DNA of 64,000 nucleotides from Rickettsiales bacterium (GTDB lineage Bacteria; Pseudomonadota; Alphaproteobacteria; Rs-D84): NCBI GenBank assembly GCA_031262525.1, contig JAISHM010000019.1, positions 6,489 to 70,488 of the forward strand, read 5' to 3'. Shown piece by piece: positions 52,919 to 60,564 of this stretch (position 1 is its first letter; each line of letters starts with the position of its first letter). The notes under the pieces were generated by a model. It saw only the letters and a program-made list of their open reading frames with translations, ran no database searches and was not told where the DNA came from. The position numbers and the translations under genes were made by a program.

Positions 52919-54555
52919 AAACAAATTCTTTTACATCTTTTATTATTATCGCCCCGTTATTCGCTGTTAGCTATTCGCTATTCACTATTGATGCGGATGC
53001 GGCATTACGAACTGGTAATGCGGGGACGGGACGCGGTGTTTCTTATTCCGCGGACCAGTTGGGGGTGTATGATGCGGTCGCTCAACAAGCAGTTAATGAC
53101 CAAGAACGGATTGCGTCGGCGACAACCTCTGAGGAATTGGGATTACAAGTTCGCGTTGCGGATATGAATCTGGCGCGTGATATTGCATCGGGTGTGGAAT
53201 CTGTGTTGCCGATTGCGGAAAAATTAGACAAATGCGCGGCGATTTACCCAACGGGCGCGATGGCGTGGGATAATTCTAATATCGGGTTGCGTCCTGGGGT
53301 TGATGGTTGTGTGGCGGATGTGGAACTGCGGTATATAAATGGAACTGATGATATTGTTTTGGCGCGCGGGCGGCTGTCGGCGGGCGACTCTATAAAGTGC
53401 AATGTGTCCAGTTTTCCAGCAGATAGTTATACGATTGACGCGGGAAAAATAGAATTTCCAGCGGACAGGGAACCCACAATGGATGATGTTGAAAAACAAA
53501 TGAATGCCGAAATGCACAAGAACGAGGGTATAAAAGTTATAACGGGGACACTGCTGGGGGCGTTGGGTGGAAACTTTATCGGGCAAAATGACCCGGGAAA
53601 TTCTGCTATGTTGGGGACCAGCGCGGATAAAATGAAAAAAACGGCAATGGGTGCGTTGTTGATGGGGGGGGCGACATTGGCATCAACCAATGCAGGTAAG
53701 GTTGGTGGTGATGTAATTATGGGGGCGACCATTAACGCAATCGGCGGTGGAATGATGGGAAATTTATCGGGGATTGGTGGCTCTACATTGGTGATAAAAA
53801 AGTGTGATGGTGGGGATTGTTTGTATGGCGTTGTTGCGTCAGATGCGGAATTGCCCAGTAGGCGCGATGGTTTTTATAACAAGATGCAGGATACCCAATT
53901 TTCGTGTCAAAAAAATGGGAATGGTTATACGGGATGTACGCGTGCCGTGTTTTCCCAGTGGTCATTAAATGGAAAAACACAATATGACAAGGCCGCAGAT
54001 GTTGCGCGAGAAATGGAAAATGTTAATAGTGTTTATTGTTTAGACGGGGATAAGATGACTTTGTCGTCCAGTGGTGGGTGCGGTGGTGGGCAGATATTTT
54101 ATCTGTTGTCGGGGGTTCGTGTTTCCAACCAGCCGCAACCGGCGGTTATCAAAGAGTGGAAAAGCGATGTAAATACCAGCGATGAGTTTAATGAATTAAA
54201 GCGCAAAGGTGGCACATATCAAATCTATGGGCGTTATAATGACGGAACAATTGGCGATGAGTTGTCCAGTTTCAGTATCCAGAATTTTACACCTGTGGTG
54301 CAAACGGCCAGCAATGGCGACGGATTGGACTTTAATAACAGCGCGCGCACAGGGGCGACAATTACCGGTGCGGGTATCGGTGCGGGTTTGGGCGCACTGG
54401 GTGCGTATAAAGGTGCAACGACCGAAATGGATAATCGTTGGGTATCTGCGGTCCAAACATACAAAGATTCATTGACCAAGTTCTATTGTGGCACGGGCAG
54501 GCGGTATCTGTCGTCATACAATGAAATAACCATAATTCCAAATATGACAGAATAA
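52915..54555 (+). CDS. 546-aa secreted hypothetical protein with glycine-zipper segments
   Basis: Hydrophobic N-terminus. 'GTLLGALGGNFIG...GALLMGGATLA...GATINAIGGGMMGNLSGIGG' and a C-terminal 'GAGIGAGLGALGA'. Confidence 0.55.
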   Translation: MKTNSFTSFIIIAPLFAVSYSLFTIDADAALRTGNAGTGRGVSYSADQLGVYDAVAQQAVNDQERIASATTSEELGLQVRVADMNLARDIASGVESVLPIAEKLDKCAAIYPTGAMAWDNSNIGLRPGVDGCVADVELRYINGTDDIVLARGRLSAGDSIKCNVSSFPADSYTIDAGKIEFPADREPTMDDVEKQMNAEMHKNEGIKVITGTLLGALGGNFIGQNDPGNSAMLGTSADKMKKTAMGALLMGGATLASTNAGKVGGDVIMGATINAIGGGMMGNLSGIGGSTLVIKKCDGGDCLYGVVASDAELPSRRDGFYNKMQDTQFSCQKNGNGYTGCTRAVFSQWSLNGKTQYDKAADVAREMENVNSVYCLDGDKMTLSSSGGCGGGQIFYLLSGVRVSNQPQPAVIKEWKSDVNTSDEFNELKRKGGTYQIYGRYNDGTIGDELSSFSIQNFTPVVQTASNGDGLDFNNSARTGATITGAGIGAGLGALGAYKGATTEMDNRWVSAVQTYKDSLTKFYCGTGRRYLSSYNEITIIPNMTE

Positions 54556-54583
54556 AAAACGCGGGATACCCCGCGTTTTTTTA
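54555..54583. terminator. bidirectional rho-independent terminator
   Basis: AAAAAACGCGGG-ata-CCCCGCGTTTTTTT between convergent stops. Confidence 0.8.
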
Positions 54584-54589
54584 TCGGTA

Positions 54590-55204
54590 TTATTTACCGG
54601 TATATACAGATCGTGTTGGTAATGTGTAACCATTTAAACATGTTATATAATAATTGTAAAAAGTTATCAAATAGTCCCATATTGATATATATCTCTGACA
54701 TAAAGTGATAACATTTTGTAAGTTTTGCGTATAAAGAAAACCCTCGGTGCCAGAATCGCGATTTATACATCTCATGGTGCCATTTATTATAACCTGAACG
54801 TATTGTTGCTCGGTCAATTGGTCGGTACCAACAGAATCTATCATATTATCCAATTCTGTCAGTATATTATAATTAAAAGTGTCCCTATAGTTTGTTTTTA
54901 ACAGATAAAGAAACTCTGCGGCCAACTGGTCATAGGCCGTGTTTAAGTCATTATTTATCTGTTCATATTGTTCAGGGACACCTGTACATGGGATTGGTGG
55001 GGTTGTTGGTATTGGTTTACCTGTTTGGTCGTGTGTAGTATCAGTTTTACAAGACGCCGCGCCAAACATTGTCGCCGCACCAAACATTGTAATCAATGCT
55101 GTTCTGCGCGCGTTTTTCATAGTAAATAAATTTACAAAATTGTTTTTTGTTTTCGCAAAGGTGTTTCTTGCGCCAATAACTAAATTTTTAACTTTTTTAT
55201 TCAT
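54590..55204 (-). CDS. putative lipoprotein, hypothetical
   Basis: '...TMFGAATMFGAASC|KTD' is lipobox-like. A more likely start is the ATG at 55120 (MKNARRTAL...). Confidence 0.5.
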   Translation of the reverse strand: MNKKVKNLVIGARNTFAKTKNNFVNLFTMKNARRTALITMFGAATMFGAASCKTDTTHDQTGKPIPTTPPIPCTGVPEQYEQINNDLNTAYDQLAAEFLYLLKTNYRDTFNYNILTELDNMIDSVGTDQLTEQQYVQVIINGTMRCINRDSGTEGFLYTQNLQNVITLCQRYISIWDYLITFYNYYITCLNGYTLPTRSVYTGK

Positions 55205-55344
55205 AACCCAACCCCCTTGTTTTATCGTGTGTGGTTTTATGATTTTTTATCTTACACACCCATTATAAAAAAATTATATTTTGTCAATAATAAAAGAAAA
55301 TTATTTTTTTGGCAATTTATCGGTTAGCGATTACTGATTATTGA

Positions 55345-55992
55345 CTAACTTTTCTTTATAATATGTAATTTGTTGCGGTCCCACTGGGCGGCAAAGACAT
55401 CGTCAATGTCTGTGATTTTATGTTTTTTTAATTCTGTGCGCAGCCACGCATTTGTCTTTTTTATCCGCGCCAGGTTTTCAGAATCCACAACCCCGTTGTC
55501 AATAATTGTTATAGAATAATCGCGTGCGCCTTTTTTTACAATGGTCAAACTGCCGTCGGTTTCAATTTGCGCACTGCGGATTTCAGACAGCGAATGAATT
55601 CCCTCTTCACGTATTGCGGCAGCGATTTCATGTGCGCTGACATTTATTTTTTGGATTGTTTTTTCCTGTAATTTTCCGTCCTGGATAATAACTTTTGGAG
55701 ACCCCATCAGTAATCGTCGTCCGAAATCAGTCCGACGCGAAAACCAATTTATAACCCCAACCATAATTATATACACAGACATTAAAACCAAGAATTGCGA
55801 TATTTTTACATTGTCGTCTATGATAAAGTCCGTTAAAATTGCCGCCAATATAAAGTTAAAAATAATATCCAGCGCGGTCATTTGTTTCATCTGGTAATTC
55901 AGACCAAACACGCGCCGAAACAGCATAACAACCACAAAGGCACAGAAAAATTCCAATACACGCATTCCATAATACATTAAAAATTCTGGCAT
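55345..55992 (-). CDS. DUF421 (YetF-like) membrane protein
   Basis: Three TM helices, then 'GSPKVIIQDGKLQEKTIQKINVSAHEIAAAIREEGIHSLSEIRSAQIETDGSLTIV'. Confidence 0.65.
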   Translation of the reverse strand: MPEFLMYYGMRVLEFFCAFVVVMLFRRVFGLNYQMKQMTALDIIFNFILAAILTDFIIDDNVKISQFLVLMSVYIIMVGVINWFSRRTDFGRRLLMGSPKVIIQDGKLQEKTIQKINVSAHEIAAAIREEGIHSLSEIRSAQIETDGSLTIVKKGARDYSITIIDNGVVDSENLARIKKTNAWLRTELKKHKITDIDDVFAAQWDRNKLHIIKKS

Positions 55993-57017
55993 TATTTATC
56001 CTTTTTGTTTTTTAACGAAAAGTTTGGATGCGGCAATTTTTCAATTAAATCCTGTGCCTCTTGACGCCAGCGCTTTAACCGCGCACGCAACCAGTTTTCA
56101 TAAAAGAAGAACAATCCCCCCATTCCAATCAGTGGGAAAACATAATAAATTATACGATATGCCAACAGAGCGCCAAATATAGTCGCGCGGTCTATGTCGC
56201 CCGGCAACGCCACCAAAAAAATACTTTCAAACACGCCAATTCCGCCTGGAACCTGACTGAATACACCAACCACCTGGGCGATAACGAAAATTCCAATAAA
56301 TGTTGTAAATGGCACATCAACAAACGGAACTAAACAGAAATACAAAACCAATCCCGCCAATACAGAATCCAAAATTCCAATCAGTGTTTGATACACCGCG
56401 TCCATTGTTTTTGGAATTTGGAACGATAATTCGCCAATTTTAATTTTCTTTTTCCGGAATAACAGGGTCATTGAAAAATACGCCCCCAGCGCCGCGATAC
56501 AGAAAATAAACAGAGTATAAATCCCGATTGACGCGCCAACACTGCCCGAGAACAACGAATGCGGAACCATAAAATATCCAATCGCCATAATCGCCGCGCA
56601 CCCAAGAAAATAAGTAATCCCGTTATAGGTCAGTAATTTTATAATATCCCCGCCACGAACGCGCCACCGCGTGTAAAGACGATAACGAATTGCACCCCCA
56701 GATACCACGGCATGCCCCGCATTATTACTGATGGCAAAGCCCAACATTCCCGCCAGCATCCATTTCCACCAACTTATCTTTTTCCCGACATAGCGCAACG
56801 CCAGAAAGTCATACAGGCTGAGCGATAAATAACCCGCCAAACACGCCAAACACGCCCAAATTAAATTTAATGCCGGAATATCCAAAATTGCACGAATAAT
56901 ATCATGCACCGAATGATTGCGCAGTTGCCAATACAGCATACCCACCGCGATTACAAAGAAAAATAAACCAGACCACGAAATTATCCGCTTTAACAGGCGT
57001 TTTGATTTTACTGACAC
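55992..57017 (-). CDS. polytopic membrane protein, lysyl-PG-synthase TM/flippase-like (UPF0104) family
   Basis: About 8 TM helices. Start moved to GTG 57017, behind an AAGGA Shine-Dalgarno. Family assigned from overall topology and sequence feel only. Confidence 0.5.
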   Translation of the reverse strand: MSVKSKRLLKRIISWSGLFFFVIAVGMLYWQLRNHSVHDIIRAILDIPALNLIWACLACLAGYLSLSLYDFLALRYVGKKISWWKWMLAGMLGFAISNNAGHAVVSGGAIRYRLYTRWRVRGGDIIKLLTYNGITYFLGCAAIMAIGYFMVPHSLFSGSVGASIGIYTLFIFCIAALGAYFSMTLLFRKKKIKIGELSFQIPKTMDAVYQTLIGILDSVLAGLVLYFCLVPFVDVPFTTFIGIFVIAQVVGVFSQVPGGIGVFESIFLVALPGDIDRATIFGALLAYRIIYYVFPLIGMGGLFFFYENWLRARLKRWRQEAQDLIEKLPHPNFSLKNKKDK

Positions 57018-57124
57018 TATTTTTTCCTTTCTTGTTTCGCCATAACATAGCGAAGTTATAAAAAAAAAGCAATTGCATTTTATTCCGATGCCATTATAAT
57101 CAGAAAAATAACAAAGGATATTAA

Positions 57125-57841
57125 ATGCGACCAAGTTTGCGACAAAATAATCAAATGCGCCCCGTATCAATGGAAACTGGTATAAATAAATGGGCCGAAG
57201 GGTCCTGTCTTATAAAAATCGGCGGAACGCATGTAATTTGCACGGCGTCGGTGGAAATGGCACAACCCCTGTGGAAGCGGCAACAAAATAAAACAGGCGG
57301 CTGGGTCACGGCGGAATATAGTATGTTGCCGCGGTCGGTCGGAACGCGTCGTGGGCATGACGCAATAGCGCGTGACCATCGCGCAACGGAGATTACGCGA
57401 CTGGTGGGGCGCGCGTTGCGCAGTGTTTGCGATATGGAAAAATTGGGCAAACATACAATAACTATAGATTGTGATGTTATTCAGGCAGACGGCGGAACGC
57501 GATGTGCGGCAATAACTGGGGGCTTTGTTGCGTTGATGTTGGCGGTGAAATGGTTGATGAAAAATGAACGGATTCGCGAAAATCCAATTTCTGATTATGT
57601 TGCGGCGACATCGGTTGGTATGCGTGGTGGGGACTTGATTTTGGATTTGGATTATGACGAAGATTGCGACGCTGAACTGGACGCGAACTTTGTTGTTGCG
57701 GGTGATGGGCGGTTTATTGAAATTCAGGCGACGGGTGAACAACATCCTTTTGACGCGGCAAAAATTACTGAAATGATGGAAATGGCTGGCACGGGGTGCG
57801 CAAAACTGATAGAATTACAGAAACAGGCATTGGAAGATTAA
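57125..57841 (+). CDS. rph: ribonuclease PH
   Basis: 'MRPSLRQNNQMRPVSMETGINKWAEGSCLIKIGGTHVICTASVE' and 'DCDVIQADGGTRCAAITG'. Confidence 0.92.
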   Translation: MRPSLRQNNQMRPVSMETGINKWAEGSCLIKIGGTHVICTASVEMAQPLWKRQQNKTGGWVTAEYSMLPRSVGTRRGHDAIARDHRATEITRLVGRALRSVCDMEKLGKHTITIDCDVIQADGGTRCAAITGGFVALMLAVKWLMKNERIRENPISDYVAATSVGMRGGDLILDLDYDEDCDAELDANFVVAGDGRFIEIQATGEQHPFDAAKITEMMEMAGTGCAKLIELQKQALED

Positions 57842-57856
57842 ACAAAGGAAAAAATA

Positions 57857-58417
57857 ATGGATTATGAAAATCTAAAATTAGAAGTTATGCAAAAAACCAA
57901 TCAAACCATAGAGGTTTTGCGTGGCGAATACGCGGGTCTGCGCACGGGTCGGGCATCTGTGCATTTGTTGGACGGGGTGCGGGTTCCGGTCTATGGAATA
58001 GAAATGCCAATTGACCAGGTCGCCAGTGTTTCCGCGCCAGAGCCCCAGGTTCTAAGTATCTCGGTCTGGGACGCGTCAAATGCGGCGGCGGTGGAAAAGG
58101 CAATTCGCGACAGCGGACTGGGTCTGAATCCAATGACGGCGGGTGGGGTGATACGCCTGAATCTGCCACCATTGACCGAAGAGCGTCGCAAAGAATTGGT
58201 TCGGGTCGCGGGAAAATACGCAGAAGAAGCAAAAATTTCAATGCGTAACATTCGCCAGGACGCGATGAACAAAATTAAACGCGCCAAAACGGATAAAGAA
58301 ATTTCCGAAGACGAAGGACGGCGTTTCGAAGAGAATTTACAAAAAGTCTTTGATTTACAAACAGACGCGGTTGATGTAATTGCAAAACAAAAAGAAGCCG
58401 ATATTATGGCTGTATAA
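57857..58417 (+). CDS. frr: ribosome recycling factor
   Basis: 'LRTGRASVHLLDGVRVPVYG', 'IRLNLPPLTEERRKELVR' and 'RNIRQDAMNKIK'. Confidence 0.93.
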   Translation: MDYENLKLEVMQKTNQTIEVLRGEYAGLRTGRASVHLLDGVRVPVYGIEMPIDQVASVSAPEPQVLSISVWDASNAAAVEKAIRDSGLGLNPMTAGGVIRLNLPPLTEERRKELVRVAGKYAEEAKISMRNIRQDAMNKIKRAKTDKEISEDEGRRFEENLQKVFDLQTDAVDVIAKQKEADIMAV

Positions 58418-58440
58418 GCGTCATTGGTTCGGGTTCGTAT

Positions 58441-58468
58441 ATCCCCATCCACAGGGTGGGGATTTTTA
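58441..58468 (+). terminator. rho-independent terminator after frr
   Basis: ATCCCCA(T)CC-acag-GGTGGGGAT followed by TTTTT. Confidence 0.65.
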
Positions 58469-58495
58469 TAATAAAAATTTATTTATAAAAATATA

Positions 58496-58523
58496 TTGAC
58501 AAACTTATATTTATGGTTATAAT
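58496..58523 (+). promoter_or_regulatory. consensus promoter (TTGACA-16 nt-TATAAT), with ATG 6 nt after the -10 (leaderless layout)
   Basis: -35 at 58496-58501 and -10 at 58518-58523, with the ATG at 58530. Confidence 0.55.
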
Positions 58524-58529
58524 ATCGGT

Positions 58530-60398
58530 ATGACAGAAAAACAATTATACAAATTAAAAGAAATTTTTCGGGATTCTATCCTGACTATTTTGCCAAACAA
58601 CGATGTTGCCAAAGTTCCGGTTATTAACTTTGATTTTAATACAGCGTATTATGCTTCGCCAAATCCAAAAGCCCAAATTTTTGATGCAATGTATAAGAAA
58701 ATAACGGAATTTATAAATTCCCCAGAACTTTCCGGGATAGATATCCGGACCAGTCCTTTGGACGATATATACGCGTTGGTGTATGAAATTGCAGAACTGG
58801 TAAAAATCCAAGGCGCGACAATCGTCCGAAAAAACTTTTCAAATGTTCACAGGGTATATTCCGAGACATTCAAAAACGTATTATACACCAACGAACTTTT
58901 TATCCGCAGGGTCGAACCCGACAAAACCGCTTTTTTTGAATATCTATATAAAAATTATTTTATTGGTCCCACCCGTCTAGCGGATGCCAGACTGCAAGAA
59001 TATGTCGTTTATTCTAGCCGGTTAAAAACTGCCGATACAAAAGACGAGTATAAAAACACTATCACTGCGGATTTTCAAAAAATTATAACTGAATTTAATA
59101 AAAATATACCATTAAAACAGGAAGACGAAATAAAATTATATAGAAAATTATTGACAATTTTGACCTTGTTTTATTATTCGTATCCGGTTAATGACTTTCA
59201 ACAATTCCGCGCAGATGTTATGACAAAAAGCAGCGCGCAATTGAATAATATGTTAAAAGACGCTGATTATATTTATCAAGAAAAGCGAATGCAGGATATG
59301 TTCATAGATTGTGTATATGAAAATACGCGTTCAATTTTATCCGACTCTTATAATCTGGAAACAGATTCTTGGGATAAAATTATCCCCTGTGTTTTTAAGA
59401 TCATAGATGTTATGTATGATGTTATTGGTGATTTCGCAAATGATTATTACGATAAGGTAATGTATGGTACCCCAAAAGATGCGTTGTTGCATAATGTTTT
59501 TTATACGAATCCTGTTGTTGGGAAACGGCTGGGGACCCAGGAAAATTGGGAAGAATTTTGTGCGGTTATCGTTAAAAACGGGGGCAGATTGACCCGAAAT
59601 ATAGGAATAATGCGACACAAAGCCAACCCAGGGACCAGAATAAAAAACAATCCTCGTCGTTCTGAATTAAAGCAACGCGAAACGCAAGATGTGAAAAACA
59701 ACAACAAGACAAAATTATATGAACAAATTTCGTGGAACAATACGGATTTTGGGGAAATATATAAATTATTTAATATAAAACCAGATACGTATAGGTTTAA
59801 CGAAAAACATAAAAAGTTTCAACCAAAGCAAGATAAAACAAAAAAAGATAATCCAGATTATCGTGTCAGTATAATCAAAGAATTATGTCGGTATGATATT
59901 ACCAAGGCTGTATTGGAAGTAAAACACGGAGTTATGAATACTTGTGATATAATTAGTTTGCGTGAAAACAATTATAAAAGTGAAAATGATAACCCAAAAT
60001 ATCGGTGGCAGGAAGAAATAGATTTTTCTAATTTCCATAAAGAAAGAATATCCAAACTGGTTATTGAAAAAACTAGATTATTGTTTGATTCTTTTAATGA
60101 TATTTTTGATGATAATACCAGATTGGGTCTTGATACATGGGATGTGTTGTATAATTCATTGAACTTTATGATAGATTATATAGAGCCTTATTATATCCAT
60201 ATTGCCGAATGCGAAAATAAAAAATTTAATAAAAAAATTATACGTGATTGGTTGGCCGAGGTTATTTTCTATTCTAATATAAATGTTATAAGAAGAGTAA
60301 AAAAAGAAGAAGAACAGGAATTATTGTTGGAATACACCCATCAAAATAACATCAATCCCATAGATTTTTGCAAGAAATATGGTGTTATAATAAGGTAA
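58530..60398 (+). CDS. 622-aa AT-rich ORFan with internal repeats
   Basis: Long uninterrupted ORF in strongly AT-rich DNA. Three related segments each end in a [LVI][LFI]Y[TS]N motif (NVLYTN, NVFYTN, VIFYSN). No family recognised. Confidence 0.6.
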   Translation: MTEKQLYKLKEIFRDSILTILPNNDVAKVPVINFDFNTAYYASPNPKAQIFDAMYKKITEFINSPELSGIDIRTSPLDDIYALVYEIAELVKIQGATIVRKNFSNVHRVYSETFKNVLYTNELFIRRVEPDKTAFFEYLYKNYFIGPTRLADARLQEYVVYSSRLKTADTKDEYKNTITADFQKIITEFNKNIPLKQEDEIKLYRKLLTILTLFYYSYPVNDFQQFRADVMTKSSAQLNNMLKDADYIYQEKRMQDMFIDCVYENTRSILSDSYNLETDSWDKIIPCVFKIIDVMYDVIGDFANDYYDKVMYGTPKDALLHNVFYTNPVVGKRLGTQENWEEFCAVIVKNGGRLTRNIGIMRHKANPGTRIKNNPRRSELKQRETQDVKNNNKTKLYEQISWNNTDFGEIYKLFNIKPDTYRFNEKHKKFQPKQDKTKKDNPDYRVSIIKELCRYDITKAVLEVKHGVMNTCDIISLRENNYKSENDNPKYRWQEEIDFSNFHKERISKLVIEKTRLLFDSFNDIFDDNTRLGLDTWDVLYNSLNFMIDYIEPYYIHIAECENKKFNKKIIRDWLAEVIFYSNINVIRRVKKEEEQELLLEYTHQNNINPIDFCKKYGVIIR

Positions 60399-60412
60399 AA
60401 ATTATACTTTGT

Positions 60413-60441
60413 TTGACATCTGATATGCAATGTGCTAAAAT
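60413..60441 (+). promoter_or_regulatory. consensus promoter (TTGACA-17 nt-TGcTAAAAT) upstream of rnj
   Basis: -35 at 60413-60418 and an extended -10 at 60433-60441. A 21-codon ORF begins at 60448, 6 nt after the -10. Confidence 0.55.
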
Positions 60442-60564
60442 TAAATTATGAACGCCATCGGCGCAGATTTACTACAAATAACCCCATTTAATTATTTGTG
60501 TTATTCGCAATAAATTTTGCGCCCGATGGGAAATATAAAACCATAAAAAAGGATAAAAATAAAA

